DNA of 29,017 nucleotides from a bacterium (GCA_041946805.1 JBHGBC010000068.1:1-29017); one strand, 5' to 3'. Shown: positions 18,418-27,666, counted from the stretch's first letter. Numbers and translations: made by a program. Notes: generated by a model from the letters alone, not told the origin.

Positions 18418-18524
18418 CGCCCGCCGGATTCCCCGGGCAGTCCGCCGGACCCAACCCGGGGGTGATTTTTTCATAACGGGAAGACGCTGTCCAGCGGGGA
18501 GGGGGGAGGAGGGCAGGTGAATAT

Positions 18525-19976
18525 TCATCTGCGCAGGCGGTCCCAAGAGGCAATCAAGTCATCTACCCGGGCGCCGGGCGGGATTTTCAATGGCAGGCCG
18601 GCCAAGGCCAAGGTCAAAGTCCGGCCGTGATGATTTAGCTCGGCCTGGGCCAGAGCACGGCCCCGCCGCGACAAGCGTTCCCAAGTAGTTTCCTGCATGG
18701 GATAAACCAGCATCGCGGTGATGGGCGCGGTTTCAAAAAGCGCGGCATAGGCCAGGACCTGGTGGACATCATGACGGTGTTGCTCGCGGAGATCCTCGCC
18801 CATCTCGGCCCAACGGTGGTCGTCCAGTTCCTCAAAATGGCTTTTATATTTGGCATCAATGATGAGTACATGATCTCCGTTGTGGACTACAATGTCCGGC
18901 GCGAGACTCTTCAGGCTGCTCTGCCCTGCCTGGCTCCAGCGAATTGGGATGGTCGTCTCTCCCGCAAAAACCGACCGCACGTGTCCGCCAAATTGATGAG
19001 CCCAAAGCCGGGCCAGGCATTCCACCCAGCGTTCAAAGAGCTCGTGCATGGGCAGACACCAGGCCAGACCGTCGTTTTCACTAGTATCGCCCAATCCGCG
19101 CTCATCCACCAACCAGCCCAATGCCTGGAGTCCGCCACGCAGATAATCGGAAGGCAATCCTTCGAACAGCAGCCAACGATCCAGAATAGAATGATCGGGC
19201 ACTTGAGATCGGATATGACGCAATTCGAATAACAGGGATTCGGCGGCAAGGGCCAAATGCCGCGCAATGGTGTCATGGTTGCTGAAAGGGATCAGCGAAA
19301 ACCACACCTTTTCTATTCCCCACCGCAAATAACTCTGGAGCAAGAGATCCGGTCCCAAGTCTGAAAAGCGGCAAGGGAGTTGATGAAACGCTCCGTGGGA
19401 GGCCAGTTCTGTCGCATACCGAGTCCAAAGGATCTGCCCGCGGGGACTTTGGCGCACTTCTTCCCGCATCCGGAATCCTCGGCGGATTTCCTTTACGAGC
19501 CGGCTCAAACGAGTGAGGATGGGTCCTGCCAACACCCAGGGAGGCACTTCACGCGCGCTTCCGGGTACCAATGGCAATGATAAGATCCGGGGGGCCGCCG
19601 ACCATCCCACCTGCTGCAACAGAAGGCCGATGCCATCCCAATCGTATCGCGGCCGCACGACGACTCCCGTAGTGATTTTTCGAGTATCGGGAGCGTAGAG
19701 CGGTACCGCGCCGATAACCCCACCTGGGCGTAATCGCACGGTCATTTCATAATTGGCCAGGGCAAGTTCCGATGAAATGTTCAGGGCGGCCAACGAGTGT
19801 GAATTGGCCGCGAGAAAATTCTCCGCATAAGATCCCCGTAACGGTTGGCGTTTGGAATCCCCCAACAAATGGCTTACCTCCACCGGACTCCCTTGGTCGG
19901 AAAGGCGCACCAAAGGTTGTAGCTTGGGATGTTGATACACCCTCGGTTCAGGAGAGGGATTCCGCTTCCGGGCCAT
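18525..19976 (-). CDS. McrC-like restriction subunit (PD-(D/E)xK nuclease)
   Basis: PRGQILW, MHELFERWV, LAPDIVV...IIDAKYK, DVHQVLAYA, MLVYP. Overlaps the McrB-like gene by 29 nt. Confidence 0.88.
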   Translation of the reverse strand: MARKRNPSPEPRVYQHPKLQPLVRLSDQGSPVEVSHLLGDSKRQPLRGSYAENFLAANSHSLAALNISSELALANYEMTVRLRPGGVIGAVPLYAPDTRKITTGVVVRPRYDWDGIGLLLQQVGWSAAPRILSLPLVPGSAREVPPWVLAGPILTRLSRLVKEIRRGFRMREEVRQSPRGQILWTRYATELASHGAFHQLPCRFSDLGPDLLLQSYLRWGIEKVWFSLIPFSNHDTIARHLALAAESLLFELRHIRSQVPDHSILDRWLLFEGLPSDYLRGGLQALGWLVDERGLGDTSENDGLAWCLPMHELFERWVECLARLWAHQFGGHVRSVFAGETTIPIRWSQAGQSSLKSLAPDIVVHNGDHVLIIDAKYKSHFEELDDHRWAEMGEDLREQHRHDVHQVLAYAALFETAPITAMLVYPMQETTWERLSRRGRALAQAELNHHGRTLTLALAGLPLKIPPGARVDDLIASWDRLRR

Positions 19977-21465
19977 GATTCGCGATTGTCCCCTCCAGCC
20001 AATCCAGATAGGCGTGCAATTCCGATTCGCACATACCCAGGCGTCCCTCCAGCAAATATTCGTGAAGCAAAGGTATCAATTCATGCCGTAATCGCCGCGC
20101 AAGTTCACCTTCGTTTCCCGCCAAAAAGTAAGCATGCCCCGGGATCAGGACGAGGGCATCGTTGGGAGCAAACTGAGTGAAAATATCCAGGAGTCGGCCA
20201 AAAGCTTCGGTAGCCAGGGGGATGCCCTGCCGTTCGATCACAGCCAGATCCGGCCACAGGTCCACAAAAGCGAATCGGCGGCGCACGGCCAGATCCAGAA
20301 TGGCAATCGATCGATCGGCGGAATTCATCGTACCCAGAATGTATAAATTCTGGGGAATCTGAATGAATCGGGTTCCATCCGGAAGGGGATAGGGTAGCTG
20401 AATCGCGCGCTCTTCGTCACTCCCGATTTCCCGGGGTTCAAAAAGATAGATGGCTTCGCCCAGCACTTTCCCCAAATCGGCGCGATTGATCTCATCGATG
20501 TGCAGCAAGTAATTTCGCGACGGATCCGCATGCGCAGCCAGGATGGATTGAACTAACCAGCCCGCCTTGATCTCGAATTGCAAATTGGATTTATTGACAT
20601 CGGGAGTGATCCCCGCGATGAAGGTTTCATAGGTTACGGCCGGGTGGAATTGGATTGACATCCCGTGGTTTTGAAATTTCTTCTTCAGCATTTCAACCGC
20701 CATGCGGGTTTTGCCGGTTCCCGGAGGTCCCTGCACAATGACAAACCGGCGTTCCCTCAGCAAGGCGAAAAGGGGATCTAGATGAGTACACGGGAACAAA
20801 TGAGAACGAAGGGCATTGATCAAATCCTCGAAATCGGATTTCGCGGCGGCCATCGGTGTCCAGCCCCGCTCCCAGGCATAAAAATCCAGAAACGAGGAGA
20901 TCACCACTTGTGCCTTCTCAAGATTTTCAGGGACCTCGACCGCGGCATAGATGTAATTCCCATACCGTTTGATTACACTTTCAAAACGAGACCAAACTCC
21001 AGCCTGAATTCGCGGAAAGGATTGGGATAGGTTGGTGGGATCGGGCTTGGCCCACATGGAGACCTGTTGCGTGGAGTCCAGGTAGCGGCGCATCGCGTGA
21101 AGATAGCGGGCGTGACCCGGGCGTCCTAGGATTTGTTCATCCGGAGCCAGGCCCCGAGTACCACAAACCAAAGTCAGCAAAGAACCGGCTTTTTGTTCTT
21201 GTTCTTCACCAACAGGAAACCAGATCAGGGACATGCCCCCATAGACGCCGCTGGTGGGACTATCGGGATGAATGAAACCCGCGAAAGAAACCTGGTCTTC
21301 ATCCGGCATCAAAACCACCCGCGGGGCTCGTTCCGTTCGCTTGGGATACCGTTCCCCGAATAACGCGTCGAGCGCACTTTTGATAGTTTCCGTCAAATCG
21401 TCCTTATTCGAATCCTTTGGAATCCCGGCAGCGAGTAGGCGAGCAAGATTGGCGATGCAGTCCAT
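19948..21465 (-). CDS. McrB-like AAA+ GTPase restriction subunit
   Basis: QGPPGTGKT, IQFHPAVTYETFIAG, IDEINRADL, GTMNSADRS (NxxD signature), AVRRRF. Confidence 0.92.
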   Translation of the reverse strand: MDCIANLARLLAAGIPKDSNKDDLTETIKSALDALFGERYPKRTERAPRVVLMPDEDQVSFAGFIHPDSPTSGVYGGMSLIWFPVGEEQEQKAGSLLTLVCGTRGLAPDEQILGRPGHARYLHAMRRYLDSTQQVSMWAKPDPTNLSQSFPRIQAGVWSRFESVIKRYGNYIYAAVEVPENLEKAQVVISSFLDFYAWERGWTPMAAAKSDFEDLINALRSHLFPCTHLDPLFALLRERRFVIVQGPPGTGKTRMAVEMLKKKFQNHGMSIQFHPAVTYETFIAGITPDVNKSNLQFEIKAGWLVQSILAAHADPSRNYLLHIDEINRADLGKVLGEAIYLFEPREIGSDEERAIQLPYPLPDGTRFIQIPQNLYILGTMNSADRSIAILDLAVRRRFAFVDLWPDLAVIERQGIPLATEAFGRLLDIFTQFAPNDALVLIPGHAYFLAGNEGELARRLRHELIPLLHEYLLEGRLGMCESELHAYLDWLEGTIANHGPEAESLS

Positions 21466-21478
21466 GGTTAAATCCTTC

Positions 21479-21670
21479 GTAACTGTTTACCTGATTACAG
21501 AATTTCATGAAGGTATTGATTCCTTGCGGGTCTTCCCTCACCCTAACACTCTCACCGAGGGAGAGAGGATTCATTACTGTTGTTTTATCCCTCCCAGTGC
21601 TTACGCCCTGGGCTACTCATGCCGCGCCGTTGGCGATCAAAAGCTGCACTGCAGTCCGGTCATTAGTTAT
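21479..21670. mobile_element. MITE family 1 copy (~192 bp) abutting the RBS of the McrB-like gene
   Basis: GTAACTGTTTACC left end, same internal hairpins as 25633-25822, right end CTGCAGTCCGGTCATTAGTTAT. Confidence 0.78.
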
Positions 21671-21692
21671 TGCATTGCGATTTTTCCCATCC

Positions 21693-21715
21693 TGTATGTA
21701 CTTGTCGGATGAGCC
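21693..21715. repeat. Orphan right terminal repeat of MITE family 2
   Basis: TGTATGTACTTGTCGGATGAGCC resembles 27854-27876 GGTACGTACTTCTCGGATGAACC. Confidence 0.6.
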
Positions 21716-21831
21716 CCAAATTATCATATCTTGGTAAATAATTAATGTTATTTTATGAAATTATTTAATAAGATATTATATTTACAGGATTTATACAAAC
21801 CAGTTTCACTTAGATCCTCCACGCCCCCCCC

Positions 21832-22893
21832 TCACAGCCCCAGCCCTTCCCGCGCCTGCTGGAAGATGTCCTCGAGGATGGGGAACACGCTGGGATGGTG
21901 GATCCGGTGGTAATGAAACTCCGAATACGCCCACAGCCGCGTCGGATTGGGGAAAAAGCGTTCGAAGATCTCGCGGTCCTCCACCTGGCGCGCGGCCTGC
22001 ACCCGCTCCCGCTTCTCCTTCCAGCGCGGCAGGGCGGCGAAAAAGGCGCGCACCGCCTCGAGGATGGCCGTCCCGTCGGGCGAGACCCGGAACGGGAGAT
22101 CGAAACTGCTGATCCCCTTGGCGCGGAACAGGGCCTCGCGCACCGCCAGGGGCAGCACCACGGCCAGCGAATCGGCGGCCAGGTTTTTGTACAGGGTTGC
22201 CAGGCTGTTGCGTTCGTAGTAGAGCGCTTTTTCGGCGTAAGGCACTTCCTTGAGCGAGGCGTGGCCGCGGTGCAGCAGACGCGCGCCGGGCACGAGGTAG
22301 ACAGGATAGCCGAGCAGCCGCAGCCGCCAGCCGAGATCCACGTCTTCGTAGAGCATGAAATAATCGTCGTCGAAGCCCCCCGCGCGCAGGAAAACGTTGC
22401 GGCGGATCAGCATCCCGCAGCCGCAGGGGAAGAAGATTTCGTACGGCCGCGGGCCGCGCAGCTCGTTGCTTTCGAATCCCTTGCCGAAAATATTGATCCA
22501 TCCCCCGGCGAACTGCGTTTGCCGCCCGGTCCAGTTGAGGAGATGAGACGAAAAACACGGCGCGTCGATTTCGTGGGCGGCGTGCAACAAGTTGGACAGC
22601 CAATCCGGATCGGCTTGCACGTCGTTGTTGAGAAAACACAGCCACGGCGATTCGTAGGCGCGGGCGGCCTTGTTGAGCGCCGGGGCGAAGCCCTCGTTGC
22701 GGCCCAGGGAAAAGATCTTGACGGCGGGGAACTCGCGGTGAACCACGCCGGCCGAGCCGTCGGTGGAGCCGTTGTCGACCAGCACGAACTCCACTTGGGC
22801 GGGATCCATATCCATTTTGTACAGCGAGGTGAAAAGCGGGGTAAGCAGCCGGGGATTGCGGTGATGGGGGATCAGGACACTGACGCGCGGCAT
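21832..22893 (-). CDS. Glycosyltransferase family 2
   Basis: MPRVSVLIP, LVDNGSTDGS, NEGFAPALN, CFLNND, GGFDDDYFMLYEDVDLGWR. The real start is ATG 22893; the longer track ORF extends into the upstream gene. Confidence 0.92.
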   Translation of the reverse strand: MPRVSVLIPHHRNPRLLTPLFTSLYKMDMDPAQVEFVLVDNGSTDGSAGVVHREFPAVKIFSLGRNEGFAPALNKAARAYESPWLCFLNNDVQADPDWLSNLLHAAHEIDAPCFSSHLLNWTGRQTQFAGGWINIFGKGFESNELRGPRPYEIFFPCGCGMLIRRNVFLRAGGFDDDYFMLYEDVDLGWRLRLLGYPVYLVPGARLLHRGHASLKEVPYAEKALYYERNSLATLYKNLAADSLAVVLPLAVREALFRAKGISSFDLPFRVSPDGTAILEAVRAFFAALPRWKEKRERVQAARQVEDREIFERFFPNPTRLWAYSEFHYHRIHHPSVFPILEDIFQQAREGLGL

Positions 22894-22895
22894 GG

Positions 22896-24341
22896 TCAAT
22901 ACCCCAGCAGGCGCTGCCACCAGCTTTTCCCCTGGGGGCGGGTATGGATCACCGGCTTGTGCGGCCGGGGGATCGTGGGATCGGGACTGGCGTCCTCTTC
23001 CGGAAAGGCCCACGAACGCCACAGCGCGTCGATCCGGTTGAACGTCTGGCCCGCGGTCAACCGCTCGCGTTCCAGGTTGTCGCGCGCCCGCTGCGGCTTT
23101 TTCGCCCATTGCACCAGGGGAAGTGCGGTTTCCTCGAAGGTCAGATATTCGAAGGCGAACCGCTTGGCCTTGACCGCCCGTTTTTTCAACTCGAGGGGAT
23201 CCATCGCCGCCTCGTGGATCTTCTGGGCGATAGTCCGGCACGCGCCCGGCGGCACGCCGAGGGCCATCTGATGTTCCGACAGGATCTGGGAAATCTCGGT
23301 GTTGACGGTGGTGAGGATGGGCAGGCCGCATTGCAGCCAGAAGAGCAGGCGGTTGCGGCTGCCCAGCACCGATTCGTAAATGGGCAGGTCGACGTTGAGC
23401 CCCAGGTCGCATTCCAGCGTGATTTGATCCACATCCGCAGTGGGCAACCAACCCAGGAGGTGGAATCGCCGCTCGTAAGGACTCTTGGCGATCAGGTTGC
23501 GAAAACGCTGGAAACCCTCCTCGTGGTGCCCGTTGATGGCCCCCCCGGTGACCACGCACCGCACGCGGCGGTTGAGGGCCATGGCGCCTTCCACGCCCTC
23601 GAACAACGTATCGACATCCGTCCAGGTGTTGAATCCCCCGCTGCATAGCACCAAAAAGTCGCCGGCTTCCACCTGCCTGCCGCGCAGCAACGGCCGGCGG
23701 GACACCGGGGCCACCTTGCCGTTCATGGCGCACGGGATGGTCCACACCAGTTCCTCGCCCAGGGTGTATTCATTCAGGCGGCCCATCAGGCCCAACTGGC
23801 CGATGGCCGCGCCCCGCTGCATCTCGGAAACCACCGAAAACCGGTCGCCGCGCAGCAGCACGCGGGTCAACACCTGGTGAAAGTACTCGATCTCCTCGTC
23901 CGCCTTGGTGAAGGGCGTCTTGGCCTGCACCTCGGCGAAGAGATCGCCGAACATGTCCATCCACATGGGCAGCGGCGTATTGAGGCTGGCGGCCAGGTTG
24001 GTGGCGATGGTGGATCCGGCGGCGACAATGCCATCCGGCTGGGCGTTGCGCAAAATTTCCTCGATCCGCGTCAGCAGCAGGTTGAAATTGCGGGGATTGG
24101 GCTGCGGCAGGGGAAAATGCTCCATCGCCGCCCACTGGCAGGGATTGGAGCGGTACTTGACGGCCAGTTCGCTGTCCCGCTCGACGCCAAACTCGCAGGT
24201 TACCAGCGTGACGCGGTGCCCGGCGTCGAGCAGCGGCAGGGCGAACTGCCATGCGCGGATTCCGAATCCGTACAGGTGGTCGGATTGGTAAAACGGCAAC
24301 GGTCCCACGCCGATCAAGAGGAGATGGCTCAATTCCAGCAC
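22896..24341 (-). CDS. Glycosyltransferase (GT-B/GT4-like)
   Basis: GFGIRAWQ, GHRVTL, GGFNTWTD, RFHLLGW, RNRLLFWLQCGLPILTT. Stop 2 nt before the GT2 start. Confidence 0.8.
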   Translation of the reverse strand: MLELSHLLLIGVGPLPFYQSDHLYGFGIRAWQFALPLLDAGHRVTLVTCEFGVERDSELAVKYRSNPCQWAAMEHFPLPQPNPRNFNLLLTRIEEILRNAQPDGIVAAGSTIATNLAASLNTPLPMWMDMFGDLFAEVQAKTPFTKADEEIEYFHQVLTRVLLRGDRFSVVSEMQRGAAIGQLGLMGRLNEYTLGEELVWTIPCAMNGKVAPVSRRPLLRGRQVEAGDFLVLCSGGFNTWTDVDTLFEGVEGAMALNRRVRCVVTGGAINGHHEEGFQRFRNLIAKSPYERRFHLLGWLPTADVDQITLECDLGLNVDLPIYESVLGSRNRLLFWLQCGLPILTTVNTEISQILSEHQMALGVPPGACRTIAQKIHEAAMDPLELKKRAVKAKRFAFEYLTFEETALPLVQWAKKPQRARDNLERERLTAGQTFNRIDALWRSWAFPEEDASPDPTIPRPHKPVIHTRPQGKSWWQRLLGY

Positions 24342-24522
24342 CCGCTTTTATTTTATTAGTATTCGTACAGAGACACCATACTGTATCAAGAAATCCGGCG
24401 GCGTGAAACCCCATTCCTTGGGGAAATTGCGGGCCGGATGTCCCAGGCGGGTTTTTTCTTTCTGTCCGATTCGGTATGCTACGTAAAAATCCATATTCCT
24501 TCGCGCGAAAGGGAGCCGCGCC

Positions 24523-25569
24523 ATGACCGCCCGCCCGCCATTTCCTTCCCGTATTGAATCCGTGACCGAACTGGAAGACCTGCTCTCCACTCCCGCGTCC
24601 GGCGTGGCCGAAACCCTGGCGCACCTGGAGGGCGACATCCTCATTTTAGGCGTGGGCGGCAAGATGGGCCCCACGCTGGCGCGCATGGCGCAACGGGCGT
24701 CCGCCGCGGCGGGCGTGACGCGCCAAGTGATCGGCGTGTCGCGCTTTTCGGAGGCCGGCCTGCGTGAGGCGTTGGAGCGGCGCGGGGTGGAAACCATCGC
24801 CGCCGACCTCTTGGACCGCGCGGCCCTCGAACGGCTGCCGGACGCGCCCAACGTCGTCTTCATGGCCGGGCGCAAGTTCGGCTCCACCGGCCAGGAGTGG
24901 CTGACCTGGGCCATGAACGTCTATCTGCCCGGAATGGTGGCCGAACGCTTCCGGAATTCGCGCATCGTGGTCTTCTCCACGGGCAACGTCTATCCGCTGG
25001 TCCCGGTGGCCTCTGGCGGCGCGCGCGAAACCGATCCCCCCGGCCCAGTCGGCGAATACGCGCAGTCGTGCCTGGGGCGCGAACGGATGTTCGAGTATGG
25101 CTCTCAGCAACACGGCACGCCGGTGTTGATCGCGCGGCTCAACTATGCCGTGGAGACGCGGTACGGAATCCTGCTGGACGTGGCCCAGAAAGTGCGCGCG
25201 GGGATTCCCATTCCCCTGGCCATGGGCTACGTGAACGTCATCTGGCAAGGCGACGCGAACGGCTGGATATTGCGGTGTTTCGATCACTGTCAAAGCCCGC
25301 CGGCCGTGTTGAACATTACGGGAACCGAGACGCTTTCCATCCGCCGCCTGGCCGAGGCGTTCGGCGAACGGCTGGGCCAAGCGCCGGTGTTCGAGGGAGA
25401 AGAAAACGCGACCGCCCTCCTCAGCAACGCCTCCCGCGCGGCCGGCCTCTTCGGCCCTCCCCAGGTGGCCGTCGAACAGGCGGCCGAATGGGTGGCCCAT
25501 TGGCTCGAGCAAGGCGGCCCCACCCACAACAAGCCCACCCATTACGAAGCCCGCGACGGAAAATTTTAA
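24523..25569 (+). CDS. NAD-dependent epimerase/dehydratase family protein
   Basis: ILILGVGGKMG Rossmann motif, FSTGNVY, GEYAQSCLGRE, ARLNYA. Confidence 0.9.
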   Translation: MTARPPFPSRIESVTELEDLLSTPASGVAETLAHLEGDILILGVGGKMGPTLARMAQRASAAAGVTRQVIGVSRFSEAGLREALERRGVETIAADLLDRAALERLPDAPNVVFMAGRKFGSTGQEWLTWAMNVYLPGMVAERFRNSRIVVFSTGNVYPLVPVASGGARETDPPGPVGEYAQSCLGRERMFEYGSQQHGTPVLIARLNYAVETRYGILLDVAQKVRAGIPIPLAMGYVNVIWQGDANGWILRCFDHCQSPPAVLNITGTETLSIRRLAEAFGERLGQAPVFEGEENATALLSNASRAAGLFGPPQVAVEQAAEWVAHWLEQGGPTHNKPTHYEARDGKF

Positions 25570-25592
25570 GACACGGACGAAAGGACAAGGGA

Positions 25593-25621
25593 TTCACCGC
25601 AGAGGCGCGGAGGACGCGGAG
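25593..25621. repeat. Short tandem GC(A/G)GAG repeat element
   Basis: TTCACCGCAGAGGCGCGGAGGACGCGGAG: three CGC(A/G)GAG units at 8-9 nt period. Confidence 0.45.
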
Positions 25622-25632
25622 GTTTGTCTGAA

Positions 25633-25822
25633 GTAACTGTTTACTCCTTTGCAGAAAATGTATGAATTTCACCCTTTCAGGGCTTCCCTCACCCTGATCC
25701 TCTCCCAGAGGGAGAGGGAAATAATCCTGTTGTCATCCTTTTCCCAGGGCTTACGCCCCGGGCTATACTCATGCCTCGCCGTTGGCGCTCAAAAGCAGCA
25801 CTGCAAACCGGTAAACAGTTAC
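25633..25822. mobile_element. MITE family 1, intact 190-bp copy with IS66-type ends
   Basis: Perfect 12-bp terminal inverted repeat GTAACTGTTTAC/GTAAACAGTTAC, extending to 22 bp with 3 mismatches. Flanked by the 8-bp direct repeat TGTCTGAA (25625-25632, 25823-25830). Confidence 0.9.
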
Positions 25823-25881
25823 TGTCTGAATTCGGATGGTTAGATGAGGGATGCCCGGAAAAGGTAAAAGGCATCCCATCT

Positions 25882-25903
25882 CTGCATGCGGGTGAAAAGT
25901 TAC
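25882..25903. repeat. Orphan right terminal repeat of MITE family 1 type
   Basis: CTGCATGCGGGTGAAAAGTTAC vs CTGCAAACCGGTAAACAGTTAC. Confidence 0.55.
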
Positions 25904-25957
25904 TACTATTCAATCACCTGTATCGTGTTATACATTCCTGATTTTTCAAGAAAAATA

Positions 25958-25986
25958 TTGACATGCCGGGCTGGATATGAGATAGT
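25958..25986 (+). promoter_or_regulatory. Putative sigma70-type promoter of the 26067 gene
   Basis: TTGACA-17 nt-GATAGT with an extended -10 TG. Confidence 0.5.
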
Positions 25987-26066
25987 GGCATTGAACCAGG
26001 AAATTATTGATTATTCTTGACTAATGCGTACTTTCCTGGCATCCATGAAAACAAAGGAGAACGGGT

Positions 26067-27245
26067 ATGCAACTTCGCGGTTTGGCCGTGGTCATGTCAC
26101 TCGTAGTCATCGTTTCGATGGTGTTGCCGGTGATGGGCCAAGAGATCAGAACCTACACCGTCAACAAAGTCCGTGGCGTTTCCCCCACGATCGACGGAAA
26201 TTTTTCCGAGGCGGAATGGGCCGGTTCGGAATGGACGGATGAATTCGTCGGCACCCGGCACCAGTGGAACTACGAGGAATTCTGGAGCGCGCCAGCCGAT
26301 ACGAATTACCGCTGGCGCGCCCTGTGGGATGAAGAGTACCTGTATGTGGTGATGACCGGCGATCTGAAGTATGTAAATTCGAACGGCATGTATTGGGATC
26401 CCAACGCGGGAGAAGAGGTATCCTATGATCCTCCCTTCGCCTTGCTGGAGGATGATGTCGCGAACGATGCGGACAATTGGAACATGGGGCAATGCATTGA
26501 TTTTGAATTATTCATCGTGCCGAAATGGACCGAAGATCTGGGGAATGATGCCGCCCTGGCGCCCGCGCATTATCATTTCATTTACTTTCCCTTGCATGAG
26601 TTGAAGGATGCCGCCGGCAACGTGGTGAATCCTTCCAACTTCGGGGTGCGGGGGCCGTCGGGACCGCCTTTCTTTTCCGCGGATTATGCCGGGGACAGCG
26701 CGAAATACCCGGGGGCGCCAACTTGGGTATTCCCTCCGGATTACGCCGAACCCACCTACACCGTCGAATGGCAGCCGATAACCGATCCCGCCCTGGCCCA
26801 GGAAAAGGGAGTGAAGACCTTCATGCTGGCCGCGCAAGAACATGCCATCCCCGGAGCCAAATTGGGAACGGACGTGGTGGCCCAACCGATTATCGAAGTG
26901 GCGTTTCCCTTTTCGCAATTCACGCTGGCGGCCTCGTGGGTGACCTTTACCATTATCGATCCGGATACCGGGGAACAGACCACGGAGACCCGGAACTTGA
27001 CCATGGAAGAAGTCCCTTACGATGGATTGAACGCGATCCTGGAGAAAGACGCGCAAGGCCATTGGGTGAAAGCGGGGGATCAGTGGCTGCTGAACCTATG
27101 CGCCTACACGGATGGCGTACGGGCGGCCGATGGCTTGTCGCTGATCAATTGGAACGACATGGTCGACGGCGGATTCCATAATTGGCCGAAAGGAATTATC
27201 ACCTTTGCCGTTCCCGTTCCTGTGACCGAATGGATGATGTACTGA
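26067..27245 (+). CDS. Secreted CBM9/DOMON-like sugar-binding domain protein with a W-x-x-Y tail
   Basis: AAGGAG RBS, signal peptide ending VMG-Q, PTIDGNFSEAEW, RALWDEEYLYV, IIEVAFPFSQF. Ends VPVTEWMMY. Confidence 0.82.
   Translation: MQLRGLAVVMSLVVIVSMVLPVMGQEIRTYTVNKVRGVSPTIDGNFSEAEWAGSEWTDEFVGTRHQWNYEEFWSAPADTNYRWRALWDEEYLYVVMTGDLKYVNSNGMYWDPNAGEEVSYDPPFALLEDDVANDADNWNMGQCIDFELFIVPKWTEDLGNDAALAPAHYHFIYFPLHELKDAAGNVVNPSNFGVRGPSGPPFFSADYAGDSAKYPGAPTWVFPPDYAEPTYTVEWQPITDPALAQEKGVKTFMLAAQEHAIPGAKLGTDVVAQPIIEVAFPFSQFTLAASWVTFTIIDPDTGEQTTETRNLTMEEVPYDGLNAILEKDAQGHWVKAGDQWLLNLCAYTDGVRAADGLSLINWNDMVDGGFHNWPKGIITFAVPVPVTEWMMY
27216..27245 (+). other. Candidate C-terminal sorting motif VPVTEWMMY
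   Basis: Shared with two other secreted proteins in the window. Confidence 0.55.
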
Positions 27246-27496
27246 CATTGACACGGACAGATCCAATCCACAATCCTTCCACCCATTACGAAGCCCGTGA
27301 CGGGAAATTCCGATATTGAACGCCTCCGGTCACACCGTACTTGTTTTTACGAAAGCGTGTTCCGTTTTCAATTGGGCTGGCCGGAGATAACGACTCCTTT
27401 TCCTCCAGTCTGGATTGCGTGTGGAAATTTGTGGTACCGGCATCATGACCGGATCTGCCTACACCCGTGTGCGATGCGGGCCGCTTGCCTGCAAAC

Positions 27497-27540
27497 GCCC
27501 CGCAGGGGCATTCCTGGCTTAGCCAAGGGCAACGCCCCGG
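27497..27540. repeat. REP-like double hairpin
   Basis: GCCCC-GCA-GGGGC followed by TAGCCAAGGGC-AAC-GCCCCGG; an inverted relative of the CCCAGGGC..GCCCTGGGCTA motif inside MITE 1. Confidence 0.55.
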
Positions 27541-27666
27541 TCGCCACTCCACTAGCCCCCCACCCTTGGTGAAATTCCAGGCGCAAGCCCATAACCTCTC
27601 TCTTCTACTCCCTCTCCCCTCGTGCTGATCTTTACCCACAAGTTCCGATCCGGACAAAGCATTTCA

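Noticed and set aside
17119..18465. Long plus-strand ORF (448 aa) and similar antisense ORFs such as 1341-2294, 13045-14061, 21895-23271
   Set aside because: Typical antisense shadows of GC-rich genes, with no motifs of their own.
22894..23745. N-terminal extension of the 637-aa GT2 ORF
   Set aside because: Overlaps the upstream glycosyltransferase in another frame; GT2 motifs begin at ATG 22893.
25649..25843. Small ORFs sharing 'PFRASLT...LSQ.ERE' (also 12492-12677, 21507-21737)
   Set aside because: They are translations of the non-coding MITE copies.
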